A stretch of DNA of 64,000 nt, from the NCBI GenBank assembly GCA_963796685.1, contig CAWCMR010000009.1, positions 352,001 to 416,000 of the forward strand. The letters run 5' to 3'. The notes beneath the pieces are model-generated. The model had not been told where the DNA came from. It ran no database searches and worked only from the letters and a program-made list of their open reading frames with translations. This document shows, in pieces, positions 41,277 through 52,641 of this stretch (position 1 is the stretch's first letter; each line of letters begins with the position of its first letter). Position numbers and translations under genes: made by a program. Source of the DNA: an uncultured delta proteobacterium. Its GTDB lineage: Bacteria > Myxococcota_A > Polyangia > Fen-1088.

Positions 41277-42323
41277 ATGACGGTTCGCGAGCAACTCGAA
41301 GCGGATGAAGAGAAGATCTTTTCGCCATACGCGCAGAAGAGCAGCACCAGCCTGGGGCGCAAGCGCCCCGAGCCGCTCGACGAGGTCCGGCCGATCTTCC
41401 AACACGACCGCGACCGCATCCTGCACTCCAAGGCGTTTCGCCGCCTGGCGGGCAAGACCCAGGTCTTCCTGGCGCCCCACGGCGACCACTACCGCACCCG
41501 GCTGACGCACACGCTGGAGGTGTCGCAGATCGCGCGCACCATCGCGCGGGCGCTGCGCCTCAACGAATCGCTGGTCGAGGCCATCGTGATGGGACACGAC
41601 CTTGGACACACGCCCTTCGGCCACGCCGGCGAGCGCATCCTGTCCAAGCTCATGCCCGGAGGTTTCCACCACGGGCGGCAATCCGTCCGCGTGGTCGACG
41701 TGCTGGAGCGCGACGGACAAGGTCTCAACCTGACGGCCGAGGTGCGCGACGGAATCTTGCGCCACTCGAAAGGCAAGGGAAAGGTCCTGGCCAGCGACAT
41801 CGATCATGAAGCCTCCACGCTGGAGGGGCAGATCGCGCGCGTGGCCGACATCGCGGCCTACGTCAACCACGACCTCGACGACGCCATTCGCGGCCAGGTC
41901 ATCACCGCGGCGGAGGTCCCGTCGGACATCCTCGAGGTGCTGGGCAAAACCCACAGCGAGCGCATCAGCCGCCTGGTCACCGACGCGGTCTCCGCCTCGC
42001 GCCTCGACGAGAAGCGCCACATCGAGATGAGCACCGAGGTGCTCGACGCCCTGATGGCCTTGCGCGATTTCCTCTACGTCAACGTCTACGAGCGGCCGGA
42101 GATCCACGCCGAGTTCGAGCGCGCCCAGCGCGTGGTGCGCGAGCTATGGGAGTACTTCAACGCCCACGGCGACGAGTTCCGTGCCAAGCACTGGCCGAAG
42201 GGTCTGCCCGAAAGCGAAGAGCTGCCGCGCGCGGTGGCCGACTTCATCACCGGCATGACCGACCGCTACGCCATGCGGACGTACGAGGAGTGCTTCCTGC
42301 CCAGGCGATGGATCGTGCTTTAG
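41277..42323 (+). CDS. dgt: Deoxyguanosinetriphosphate triphosphohydrolase-like HD protein
   Basis: FQHDRDRILHSKAFRRL..KTQV, RTRLTHTLEV, HDLGHTPFGHAGE, DFITGMTDRYA. Confidence 0.95.
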   Translation: MTVREQLEADEEKIFSPYAQKSSTSLGRKRPEPLDEVRPIFQHDRDRILHSKAFRRLAGKTQVFLAPHGDHYRTRLTHTLEVSQIARTIARALRLNESLVEAIVMGHDLGHTPFGHAGERILSKLMPGGFHHGRQSVRVVDVLERDGQGLNLTAEVRDGILRHSKGKGKVLASDIDHEASTLEGQIARVADIAAYVNHDLDDAIRGQVITAAEVPSDILEVLGKTHSERISRLVTDAVSASRLDEKRHIEMSTEVLDALMALRDFLYVNVYERPEIHAEFERAQRVVRELWEYFNAHGDEFRAKHWPKGLPESEELPRAVADFITGMTDRYAMRTYEECFLPRRWIVL

Positions 42324-42336
42324 CGACTAAATCGGA

Positions 42337-43403
42337 CTACTGCAGGCCCAGATCCTTGCGGATGGCCATCACCATCGCGCAGTGGCCGAGGAGATCGGCT
42401 TCGCTCTTGTAATCACTTGCGAGGTTGAGGCCGTAAGGCCAGAAGTGCTGCGTGTCCGCGGTCAGGACTTCCTGCCCTTGCTGCTGCCAAACGTCCGGGA
42501 GCAGGGCCTGCCGTTGCGCGATCCCGTTCGCGCCTGTCCAAGGCCCCGAGCTTCCCCCGTCCGGTATGGCGACGAACGAATGCCAATTGCTTGCCGTTCC
42601 GACGCCCACGGTATGGGAGATCTCGTGCATGGCGACGCGCAAGACCATGTACGACTTGTCGCTGCCGAATCGAATCGTCCCGTTGCTGTTGCCGTCGGCG
42701 GTGGCCACCGACGAGTCGTATACGACTTTGTCGGCCTTGGTGATGTTGGTGTAGCAGTTGTAGTAGGCGACGGCCTGGTCCATGGCCGCCGTGATCAGAT
42801 CGTCCACGGCCGAGTCGCCTGACTTGGTGAACGTGTACGTGACATGGCCCGTGTAGGGGCAAGTGCCGCCGTCGGGAACGGCGACGGGTTTGGTGTACGC
42901 CCCGGTATCCGCGCCGGCGCTCCCGGTCCCGTCCCGGGTAGATCGACCTTCGCGTCACCGCCGCTGTCCCGGCCGGCGTCGGCCAAGGCGTCGCCGGCCC
43001 CGCCAGTCCCGTTGGCCCCGCCGGTTCCAGCGCCGCTACCGCCGGCCGTGCCGCCGGTCCCTGGCCCGCCGCCCGAGCCGCCCGCGAGATCGGAACGACT
43101 GTCGGCCGCAGCATCGCCGTGCGTCCCGCCCGCGCCCGTGGCCCCGCCCGTTCCAACCTTGCCGCCAGCGCCAAATGAACCACCAGCGCTCGTTGTGCCA
43201 CCACTGCCGGTTGCGCCGCCCGAGCCCGCTGTACTGGACGCGCTTGACGAGCCACCGCTCCCGGAAACACCGCCCGTGCGTCCCGGACCCTTGCCACCGC
43301 TTCCCACGACAGCGGCGTCCGATCCCGGCGAGGGCTTCGACGTGGAAGCCGAGTTGCACCCGCCCGCGATCACCGCAAGAACAAGCAAGCTTCGCTTTGT
43401 CAT
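42337..43403 (-). CDS. Lipoprotein with Gly-rich linker and C-terminal zincin-like domain; one frameshift near 42936
   Basis: IAGG-C lipobox; HEISHTVGVG and HFWPYGLN; adding one C in the C3 run joins VDLP to RDGTGSAGADTGAYTKP. Confidence 0.72.
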
Positions 43404-43457
43404 CGTGCGCCTCCCGACCGGGTTTGGTTGCGCGGATTGTACCACCAATCCCGGCCC

Positions 43458-44321
43458 CTACCCTTTGACCAGCCCACGCACCACGCTGAGCAGATTGGCG
43501 CTGCCGGGCTGCACGGAGACCGAGGGAGCCAGTCGGCGCAGAAACCAACGCACGGTCCAGGTCAAGCTCGCCCCGGGGACCACGCCGACGCAAGCGCCCT
43601 GGTTCTCGACCTCGATGTAGGAATGGCCGGCGTCGGTGTAGATCTCAATCTCGGCTTCGCCGGGTGCGGCCCTAGCAGCGGGCATGTCGGGGAAGGCTTT
43701 GACCAGCAGCAGGTCTCCGTCGACGTGCGCGATCCAACCTTCGCGGCCGTCGGCGAAGACCTTCTGGTCGTTGACGATCGACGACGCCGAGTAGGCGAAC
43801 CAGGCCACGCCGTCCACGATCCGCAGGTCGAGCAGATCCTGCGCTCCCTTGGCCGGAGCACCGTCGCCCAGGGGAAAGAACGTGAGGCCGCCGGCCGCGA
43901 CGCGCGTGATTTCCCACGGCGCAACCGAGCGCGCATGAGGACCCAGGTTCACGAGCCCGTACTCGATGGCGACCATGCCCCGGTCGACGTCGACGGAGAA
44001 CTGCTTGGTCACGGCGAGCCCGAGCGCGGCCGAGGTCCGGCTGACCAGGGACAGCGTAGCGCCGCTCAGCGATGGCGTGTACGCGCCCGGATCGAGCTCG
44101 GCGGGTGGCGGCCAGCCCCAGTCACTCTGCGGGCTGGGCCAGAAGGTCGAGCCCCAGTTGTTGTCCTGGATGTCCTTCGCCGCGGTCAGGATGTTCTTGC
44201 CGGCCAGCGAGAAGGTGACGATACGACCCGCCTTGGCCACGTCCACCGCGAAAACCGTGTCGCCGAAGGCGAAGGTATAGACGGTGCCGTTCACGGTGGG
44301 CGAGGATTTGCCGGTGGTCAT
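43458..44321 (-). CDS. DUF4380-like (aldose epimerase-type fold) protein
   Basis: RBS GGAGG before ATG 44321; NWGSTFWPSPQSDWGWPPP, APWEITRV, EAEIEIY..YIEVENQG. Confidence 0.72.
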   Translation of the reverse strand: MTTGKSSPTVNGTVYTFAFGDTVFAVDVAKAGRIVTFSLAGKNILTAAKDIQDNNWGSTFWPSPQSDWGWPPPAELDPGAYTPSLSGATLSLVSRTSAALGLAVTKQFSVDVDRGMVAIEYGLVNLGPHARSVAPWEITRVAAGGLTFFPLGDGAPAKGAQDLLDLRIVDGVAWFAYSASSIVNDQKVFADGREGWIAHVDGDLLLVKAFPDMPAARAAPGEAEIEIYTDAGHSYIEVENQGACVGVVPGASLTWTVRWFLRRLAPSVSVQPGSANLLSVVRGLVKG

Positions 44322-44404
44322 CGTTCCTCCTGTTGCAGCGCTGGGCACAGCCATTTCCATCCATTGCGCCAAGAACGTCAACCGCGGAATCGACCGCTCG
44401 GTCT

Positions 44405-45635
44405 TCAGGCCAGACGCAGCAGGGTCTGCGCCAGGGCCGCGCACACATAACCCAGCCGAGTCACGGCGAAGCTCTCGATGCGTGCGCCGTTGCGTCCCTG
44501 ACCGTAGAGAAGGATGGCGGTTTGCCCGGCGACGATCACCGGCGCGACCACGACCTCGCGCGGAGGCTGGCAACCGAGCGCCGCCCACAGGGATCGGTGG
44601 ATGGCGTCGCCCTCGGGCATGGGCGTGCCGTGGAACATGGTGCCCTGACGATAGGCCTCGTGAAAGCACGAGGGCAGGGAGAGCGAGAAGACCAGGCTCT
44701 CGACTGCCGGGCGCGGCTCGCCTTGGTTGTAGCCGAAGCGGCCCTCGGCCAGCACGCCCGCCATCGCGAACATCGCCCCCGCGCCGAAGCAGGAGCGCAT
44801 GAACGCAAAGAGATGATCCGCGGCGGCTTGCCGATCGCCGGCCGACGCGATCTTCTCCACTGCCGCGTCCGGCCCGGTCCTCGACACCATGGGCGGGATC
44901 GGCGTTTGCGACACCATCTCTCCCGTGGCCTCGACCGGCGCCCGCGGATCGGCGGGCACGAACAAGGGAACGTCGCTGACGGCGGCGAGGTAGGATTGGG
45001 TCGGCGCGCGCGGACGCCTGGGCAAGGTGGGCCGCCCGGTCGAACGAGGCGGCGGCGTCGGCGCCTCGAACTGGGAGCCCGCGTTGACCGCCAGGGGCAT
45101 GAGGGGGCGGCTGTCTTCGACGGACATGGGTGCCATCACCGGCGCCATCACGGGACCGTCGACGATCGCCGGCTGGGCCACGGGATGGTAACCGGTCGTC
45201 CAACGTCGGGGCATGCTGTAAAGGAGACTCCAACTGCCGGGCGAGCACGGGCTCGGACGTCACCATGGGCTCGATGGCGGCACCCAAGGCGAAGGCCAGC
45301 TCGTCGATGGCTTTCAAATCGTGGGGCTCGATCATGGCGACGGCCACACGCCGATTTGCCGTCGTGTAGAGCGGGAGCGCCTTGAGCTGGTCGGCCTGGC
45401 GCGCGCGCAAACGCTTGAGAAGACCGGGATCCACGCGGGCAAAGTCCTGGTCGAGCGCCGGGGGAACGCCGAACAGCAGCCCCAAGGCCGTCGCGACCTG
45501 GTCCGCGCTGAGCAGCCCCTCTTCGAGCAGACCCGTCGCGAGCTGGGCGTCTTGCACGGCCTGATAGCCGGGCATGGAACGCAAGCTGGCCGGCGAGATC
45601 CAACCACGTTCGAGAAGTATCTCTACCAAGCTCAT
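44405..45635 (-). CDS. MshEN/T2SSE_N-like plus GAF-like protein (paralog 2 of 15661..16905); one frameshift near 45227
   Basis: Shares FGVPPAL..DFAR, RRVAVAM, LFAFMR.CFG.GAMF, FSLSLPSCF; removing one base restores QLELLYSM (cf. HLELLYGV). Confidence 0.8.
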
Positions 45636-45815
45636 CGCGACACCTCCGCGCCCGTGACGCCACGAATACACATGATTGTACCAGAGGAATCAGTCATTCC
45701 CGATCGGCCGATCCTTCGGCAGGCCAGGCGAATTTCTGGAGTCCGCGCGCCGATTTGCGTTAACTCAGAACGTCAACCGATTCCAGATGCGCAACAGTCT
45801 GAAATCACGCGGGAA

Positions 45816-46883
45816 TCAGTTGCACGCGTTGAACTCGGAGATGGTCGTTTCGACGACAAAATCCGAGCCGGTCATGTGACGCTCGGCGAAAAAGATGTGC
45901 ATGGAATAGATTCCACCCTTGGAGATTCCGAGCTCCTTGGCGCGCGCATCGAGATCCACGGTCTCGGACAGGCTGGAGTGGATGCCTCCAAGATCGATGA
46001 CCAGGATGCGGTTGATGAACACGAACACGTCGTCGTCGCCCGCGAAGGTGAAGGTCTCGCCGCCGCTGTAGCGAAACTTGGCGGCGATCTCGGCGGTAAA
46101 GGCATAGTTGTGCGGCTGCCCCTCGTCGCCGAAAAGCTGGTCGTCGATGGGAAAGAACGAGGTGTTGTTGTAGGTGTACACGCCCTTGCTGACATCCGAC
46201 GGCGTCAGGGGAATGTCGATGGTGGTCGAGATATTCACGCCAGGGACGTCGCGGTACCACTGGTTAAAGGTGTCCGGACCCACCACGGTGGCCGTGGAGC
46301 CGCTGTGTGCGTACACCGGCTTGTCGTCGTTCCCCAAGGTCGTCTCCACGATCCCCGTCTCGGCGATGCCGTCGTGGTTCATGTCGGGAAAGGTGATGTG
46401 AAAATCGCGAATGGTCGCCGTCAGCTTGGGCTCCTTGGGCTGTGTGGCCGTGCACGCCTGCCACTTGTTGTCAGCGCAAGTCAGGGTGCCAGGGCCGCAG
46501 ATGGTCGAACAATCCTTCACCACCGGATCGACCTCGCACACGCCCTTGAGCTGGTTGTCCTCGCACAACTGGGTTCCGTCGCCGCAGGTGTTGCTGCACG
46601 GCAGGCGGACAGGATCGACCTCGCACACGCTCGACATCTGGTCGTTCTGGCACAGGCGTGTTCCGGTGCCGCAGGTGTTGGTGCAGGCAAAGCGGACCGG
46701 CGGCACATCACAGCCGGTCCACGAGCTGCCCTTGCAGGTCTGCACGCCGTCCCCGCAGGTGGTGGTGCAGGCACGCGTGGCGCCCTCGCTGCTGCAGGGG
46801 GAGATGCGCATCGCGGTCCGACCTTCGCAGGCAAGAACGACCGTCGTCATGGAAAAGAGAAGGGCCAAACGAGACTGCGTCAT
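45816..46883 (-). CDS. Fibro-slime (PA14-like) domain lipoprotein with Cys-rich repeats
   Basis: VLA-C lipobox; four C-x3-CG-x-G-x3-C repeats; ATIRDF, FNQWYRD, FFPID, HNYAFT, GDDDVFVFIN..DLGGIH, FFAERH. Confidence 0.88.
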   Translation of the reverse strand: MTQSRLALLFSMTTVVLACEGRTAMRISPCSSEGATRACTTTCGDGVQTCKGSSWTGCDVPPVRFACTNTCGTGTRLCQNDQMSSVCEVDPVRLPCSNTCGDGTQLCEDNQLKGVCEVDPVVKDCSTICGPGTLTCADNKWQACTATQPKEPKLTATIRDFHITFPDMNHDGIAETGIVETTLGNDDKPVYAHSGSTATVVGPDTFNQWYRDVPGVNISTTIDIPLTPSDVSKGVYTYNNTSFFPIDDQLFGDEGQPHNYAFTAEIAAKFRYSGGETFTFAGDDDVFVFINRILVIDLGGIHSSLSETVDLDARAKELGISKGGIYSMHIFFAERHMTGSDFVVETTISEFNACN

Positions 46884-46957
46884 GGAGGGCGACATCGACG
46901 AAAAGGTTACGCCTACTGGGCGACCGCCACAACCGGTTGCTGACACGCGGCTATGAT

Positions 46958-47518
46958 CTAGCCCACAAACCAGCGCACGAAGAACACGATGGCAGAGATG
47001 CCACCAGCGACAAGCGAGGCAAACCAGACTTTGCGGCTTTCGACGAGGGCGCCAATGGCCGAAAGTCCGATTGCCACCTGAAGAAAGGTCACGATGCTGG
47101 CGAACCATTCGTGCCGCGTGAGCTCCTCCTTGGACTCCGTCTCGAGGCTCCGGGCCTCGGCGCGGATCTCTTCCTGCTCGTGTATGTACTTGTCCACATC
47201 GGCGCGGACGGCGGCCACGCGAGCCGCATCGGCATGGAGCTCGGCCAGAACATCTGCCTCGGCCGAGCGCGTGGCGGCCTTGTTGCCCTTGGCCTGGTAG
47301 TAGGCCCATTGATCCGTGGCCCGGGACTGCTTGAGCAGAGCCTCGTTCGCGCTGTGCCCCGATTTCAGCGAGGCGATGGCCGCGATGACCGCAAAGCACG
47401 CCGAAGATACGGCCAGGCCGCGCAACCAGGGCGCACGGTGCTTTTCTTCCTGCGCCTTTTCGTGTGCGGCCTCTGCCGGCTTATCGATACCGACTTCTCC
47501 GATTTCTGCTTCTTCCAT
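46958..47518 (-). CDS. DUF4337-like membrane protein
   Basis: FAVIAAIASL, ATDQWAYYQAK, coiled segment, LQVAIGLSAI. Confidence 0.75.
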   Translation of the reverse strand: MEEAEIGEVGIDKPAEAAHEKAQEEKHRAPWLRGLAVSSACFAVIAAIASLKSGHSANEALLKQSRATDQWAYYQAKGNKAATRSAEADVLAELHADAARVAAVRADVDKYIHEQEEIRAEARSLETESKEELTRHEWFASIVTFLQVAIGLSAIGALVESRKVWFASLVAGGISAIVFFVRWFVG

Positions 47519-47604
47519 GTTCCAACATCCTTCAAAAATCCAGGACAGCTCTATCGCGGCTCCAGGGCAGAGGCTACATTCACCCAACCAGGCAGCACCC
47601 GCGC

Positions 47605-48966
47605 ATGATTGTAGAAGAGAAAAGGGCGATGGCCACACGAGACGAGCTCGTCATTCTGGTGCGGCTGTCGCTGCCGCTCATGGCGTCCCAGGTGGGCATG
47701 ATGTTCCTCGGCGTGGTGGAGACGCTGCTCATGGGCCGGGCGGGAAACACGGCCCTGGCAGCGGTTTCCCTGGGGAATGCGTGGACGCACGGAACCCTCT
47801 TCATCGCCACCGGCGTGGTCATGGGGGCCGATCCGCTCCTCAGCCAGGCCTACGGCGCGGGCGACAACCGGACGGTGGCCCTGACCTTCCAGCGTGGTCT
47901 GGTGCTGGCCGTCTTGCTCGGGGTGCCGGTTTCGCTCTTGTGGCTGTGCACCCGGCCCGTGCTCGGCGCCTTCGGCCAAGATGCGGGCTTGTCCGCGCTG
48001 GCCAGCACCTTCGTGGCGCTGCAGGCGCCGGCCGCCTTCGGATTCCTGGTCTTCACCGTGGGTCGTCAGTACCTGGCCGGCCGAGGCATCGTCGCGCCAT
48101 CGCTGTGGGTGGTGCTGGTCGTGAACGTGGTGAACGCGGGCCTGACCTGGTGGCTGGTGTTCGGCGGGGGTGGGCTGCCGCCGGTGGTCGCGGCGGGCGT
48201 CGCGGGATTGACCGTCCGCCTGCTCCTCCCGGCCCTCATGCTCGGCGTGATCTTCTGGGCAGGCCTGCACAAACCGGCGTGGACGGCGTGGGGACGGGCG
48301 GCGTTCGACTGGCGCCGCATCGGACGCATCGCCTGGCTGGGACTGCCGATCGGGTTGCACTTCGGCCTGGAGGTCTGGGCCTTTCAACTGGCCACCCTGA
48401 TGGCGGGAAAGCTCGGTCCGGTGCCCCTCGGCGCCCACGCCATCGTGCTCAACCTCGCCTCGCTGAGCTTCATGTTTCCCCTTGGCATCTCCACCGCGGC
48501 CGGGGTGCGCGTGGGAAACCTCATCGGGGCCGGCGACGAGGCCGGGGCAAGGCGGGCGGCGCTGCTTTCCTTGGTGCTCGGCGCGGGCGTGATGTCGCTG
48601 TTCGGTGCCGCGTTCTTTCTGCTGCGCTGGCAACTGCCCCGCGTCTACGGCGCCGAGCCCGCGGTGCGAGCGCTGTGCGCCCGTGTGCTGCCCGTGACAG
48701 CCGCGTTCCAGATGCTGGATGGCACCCAGGTCGTGGCGAGCGGCATCCTGCGCGGCCTCGCTCGCACCAAGCCCGCCGCCATCTTCAATTTCCTCGGTTA
48801 CTACTTCCTGGCCCTGCCCATCGCGTACGGCCTGGGCGTCGGCCGCGGCTGGGGCCTGCGCGGCGTGTGGTGCGGGCTGGCCGCGGGCCTGCTCTTCGTC
48901 GCCACCGGATTGCTGATCATGGTGCTGCCCAGGTCGGCGTACCGCATGCGGCGGACGCGGGCTTGA
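47605..48966 (+). CDS. MATE family efflux transporter (NorM-like)
   Basis: LSLP, LAAVSLG, SQAYGA, LGLPIG..LEV, RVGNLIGA, FQMLDGTQ..GILRG; start could be 47629. Confidence 0.92.
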   Translation: MIVEEKRAMATRDELVILVRLSLPLMASQVGMMFLGVVETLLMGRAGNTALAAVSLGNAWTHGTLFIATGVVMGADPLLSQAYGAGDNRTVALTFQRGLVLAVLLGVPVSLLWLCTRPVLGAFGQDAGLSALASTFVALQAPAAFGFLVFTVGRQYLAGRGIVAPSLWVVLVVNVVNAGLTWWLVFGGGGLPPVVAAGVAGLTVRLLLPALMLGVIFWAGLHKPAWTAWGRAAFDWRRIGRIAWLGLPIGLHFGLEVWAFQLATLMAGKLGPVPLGAHAIVLNLASLSFMFPLGISTAAGVRVGNLIGAGDEAGARRAALLSLVLGAGVMSLFGAAFFLLRWQLPRVYGAEPAVRALCARVLPVTAAFQMLDGTQVVASGILRGLARTKPAAIFNFLGYYFLALPIAYGLGVGRGWGLRGVWCGLAAGLLFVATGLLIMVLPRSAYRMRRTRA

Positions 48967-49028
48967 AGCGGACCGATGAACATCCGGTAACCGGCTAGTA
49001 AACTAAGGTTGCCATGGGTAGCGTGCGA

Positions 49029-49057
49029 TTGACACCGAGGCTGGGATTGGCGATGCT
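49029..49057 (+). promoter_or_regulatory. Candidate sigma-70 promoter of the mod operon (possibly leaderless)
   Basis: TTGACA (49029-34), 17 nt, GATGCT (49052-57), 6 nt, ATG 49064; no Shine-Dalgarno upstream. Confidence 0.5.
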
Positions 49058-49063
49058 CCGGAT

Positions 49064-50200
49064 ATGGAGGCGCGCGTTCGCACTGCGGTCAAGGCCACAC
49101 GGCTGCGCCTGGGCATGCAACAGCAGGATCTCGCCGAGGCCGTCGGGGTCAGCCGGCAAACGCTCAGCCTGATCGAGGCCGGCGAGACCGTTCCATCCAC
49201 ACAGATCGCCCTCGCCTTGGCGCGCGAGCTGTGTTGCCGGGTGGAGGATCTCTTCAGCCTGCGCAGCGACGGACAGACCATCGATGCCGAGCTCGCGGGC
49301 GAGGCAGAGCACGGGACCGGGGAGGCGCGCAAGAAACGGGTGTCGCTGGGGTGGGTCGCCGATCGGTGGGTGGCCCGGGTGCTCGAGACCGACGAAGCCC
49401 TGGCGCTCGGCACGCCGGCCGACGGCATCGCGACCTTCTCGCATGCCAAGGGCAAGAGCCGGGCGAAGGTTCGGCCCCTGCGCGACCTGGACTCGCTCCA
49501 GCGCAATCTTCTCGTCGCCGGGTGCGATCCCGCCCTGGGCGTGCTCGGACGTCATCTAGAAGAGCGTTTCCATGGTCCCCGCCTGCACTGGATCGAGAAG
49601 GCCAGCCGGCCCGCGCTGGAAGAGCTTGCGCAGAAGCGCGTGCACATCGCCGGGATGCACCTGCTCGGGAAGGGCAGTGGCGGCGACAACGCCGCGGCCG
49701 TCCGCGAGAGGTTCGGCTCGCAGGCCATGGTGCTGGTCACCTTGGCGTCCTGGGAACAGGGCTTCGTGAGCAGGCCCGAGCGAAGGTACCGAAGCCTTAC
49801 CGACCTGGAACGCAAAGGCACGCGCATCGTCGCACGCGAGGCGGGAGCAGGCGCACAAGAGCTCCTGGAAAGCGTGTACCGCAGGGCCGGCCGCCCATGG
49901 AAGCACGACACCGCGGTGGCCATCGCGCGCGGCCATCGCGCCGTGGCGCACATGGTGGCCATGGGACTCGGCGACGTCGGGGTGGCCACGCGCTCGGCCG
50001 CAGCGAGCTTCGGCCTGCACTTCGAGCCGCTGGCGGAAGCCCGTTTCGATTTGGTCTTTCCGGCAACCATGGCCGCGCAGCCGCAGGTACAGGTGCTGCT
50101 CGATTGTCTGGCGAGCGCGCGCTTTCGCCAGGACATCGCGGGCATGACCGGCTACCAGACCGCACGCACGGGCATGGCCTCCACCGAGGCCCAGCCTTGA
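49064..50200 (+). CDS. XRE-HTH plus PBP-like domain molybdate-responsive transcriptional regulator
   Basis: QQDLAEAVGVSRQTLSLIE.G..PS...VEDLF; LLVAGCDPAL, HIAGMHL, WEQG, REAGAGAQ, GHRAVA, ARFDLV; directly before modA. Confidence 0.85.
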   Translation: MEARVRTAVKATRLRLGMQQQDLAEAVGVSRQTLSLIEAGETVPSTQIALALARELCCRVEDLFSLRSDGQTIDAELAGEAEHGTGEARKKRVSLGWVADRWVARVLETDEALALGTPADGIATFSHAKGKSRAKVRPLRDLDSLQRNLLVAGCDPALGVLGRHLEERFHGPRLHWIEKASRPALEELAQKRVHIAGMHLLGKGSGGDNAAAVRERFGSQAMVLVTLASWEQGFVSRPERRYRSLTDLERKGTRIVAREAGAGAQELLESVYRRAGRPWKHDTAVAIARGHRAVAHMVAMGLGDVGVATRSAAASFGLHFEPLAEARFDLVFPATMAAQPQVQVLLDCLASARFRQDIAGMTGYQTARTGMASTEAQP

Positions 50201-50997
50201 ATCGTGCATTTGTCCGGGCCCTGCTGGGCGCCGCGTGCCTCACGGCGCAGGCTTGCGCGCCGGCGGCGCAGGCGACCGAGAGACAAGAGCTGGTCGTGTT
50301 CGCCGCGGCCTCGCTGCGCGAGGTTTGCCAAGGCCTTGCCCTTGCCTTCGAAAAGCAGCACCCGAACCTCGAGGTTCGCTTCAACTTCGCCGGCAGTCAG
50401 GAGCTGCGCGTGCAGATCGAGCACGGCGCAAGGCCGGATGTCTTCGCCTCCGCCGACTGGAAGAACATGAAACCGCTGGTCGCGCAGGGGCTGGTGACCG
50501 AGCCCGCGGTCTTCGCGCGCAATCTCCCGGTGGTCGTCGTGCCCAAGAGCAATCCGGCCAAGGTACGAAGCTTTGCCGAGCTTCCGAGGGCGACGCACCT
50601 GCTGCTGGGCGCGGCCGAGGCGCCCATCGGCGCTTACACCGATGCCATCTTGGCGGCAGCCGAAAAGCGGTACGGCAAGGCCTTCGGCGAAGCGGTCCGA
50701 GCCAATGTGCGCTCGCGCGAGCTGAACGTCCGCCAGGTGTTGACGAAGGTGGCCATGGGCGAAGCCGACGCGGGCATCGTCTACCAGACCGACGCCCTGA
50801 CCATGCCCGACCGGGTGCAGGTCGTGGAGATCCCGAGCACGATCAATGTGGTCGCCGAATACCCCGTCGCCGCCCTCGATGCAGCGCCTACGGGCGCTCT
50901 GGCACGCGACTTCGTGAAGCTGGTCATGTCCAAGGAAGGCGAGAAGGTATTGACCGCCGCGGGCTTTGGCACGGATGGAAAGCAGGCAAGGAAGTGA
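50197..50997 (+). CDS. modA: Molybdate ABC transporter substrate-binding lipoprotein
   Basis: VFAAASL, FNFAGS, DVFASA, PIGAY, NVRQVL, DAGIVYQTD, EYPVA; TTG start inferred, 4-bp overlap. Confidence 0.93.
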   Translation: MNRAFVRALLGAACLTAQACAPAAQATERQELVVFAAASLREVCQGLALAFEKQHPNLEVRFNFAGSQELRVQIEHGARPDVFASADWKNMKPLVAQGLVTEPAVFARNLPVVVVPKSNPAKVRSFAELPRATHLLLGAAEAPIGAYTDAILAAAEKRYGKAFGEAVRANVRSRELNVRQVLTKVAMGEADAGIVYQTDALTMPDRVQVVEIPSTINVVAEYPVAALDAAPTGALARDFVKLVMSKEGEKVLTAAGFGTDGKQARK

Positions 50998-51823
50998 CCA
51001 GCAAGCTCCTCACCCGCCCCCGAGCCCGATGGCTCTACGGCACAGCCATGGTCGGTCTGGGCGGCCTGCTGCTGCTCTTCCTCGTGCTTCCCTTCCTGGC
51101 CCTGGTTCTCGACGGCGGGCCCGACTCCATTCTGCGTGGGCTCGGGTGCGCGCTGACTTGGCCTGCGCTGCGCCTGAGCGTGGGCACCAGCCTCATCTCG
51201 GTGGCGCTGGTGGTCGTGGGCGGCACACCGCTGGCATGGTGGCTGGCGCGCTCGCGCTGGCGTTCGGCGCGCTGGCTGGAGATCCTGCTACAACTCCCGG
51301 TGGTCATTCCGCCCGCGGTGGGCGGCATCGCCTTGCTGCTCGCCTTTGGCCGAAGAGGGTTGTTCGGCGGCGTCCTCGACCGCCTGGGCTGGTCGCCCGC
51401 CTTCAGCTCCGTGGCGGTCGTCATGGCCCAGGTCTTCGTCTCGGCGCCGTTCTACATGCAGGCCGCGGTGCAAGCCTTCGGCCGCCTGGATCGCAACCTG
51501 CTGGCCGTGGGACGCAGCTTGGGTGCCTCACCGCCGCGGCTGTTCTTTCGCGTCGCCCTGCCGCTCGCGCGCCCGTGGCTGATTGGCGGCGCGGCCATGA
51601 CCTGGGCGCGCGCGCTGGGGGAGTTCGGCGCCACCTTGATGTTCGCCGGCAACATGACGGGAAGGACGCAGACCCTGCCCCTGGCCATCTACACCGCCTT
51701 GGAGCTCGACATTCACACCGCGCAGGCTCTTTCGCTCTTGCTGGTCGCGTTCGCCTTCGCCCTCCTGCTCCTTCTCCGACGCTTCAATCGCACGCTCGAA
51801 GCCGCGCGAAGGCCGGTGTCGCC

Positions 51824-51827
<4 letters not shown>
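50994..51827 (+). CDS. modB: Molybdate ABC transporter permease
   Basis: LPVVIPPAVGGIALL.AFGRRG, AQVFVSAPF, WARALGEFGATLMFAGN..G.TQTLPLAIY. Confidence 0.95.
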
Positions 51828-52624
<797 letters not shown>

Positions 52625-52641
52625 AGTAGGAGGTTCTTGCC

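Noticed and set aside
41088-42107. N-terminal extension making Amt 855 aa
   Set aside because: Mostly antisense to dgt; the real start is near 41087 or 41060
43458-45671. 737-aa MshEN-DUF4380 fusion
   Set aside because: Artefact of a 1-nt insertion near 45227; the middle is off-frame and the downstream gene has its own RBS and ATG at 44321
46440-46800. Regularly spaced repeats that might suggest an array
   Set aside because: Cys-rich coding repeats of the fibro-slime protein; no identical repeats with unique spacers and no cas genes
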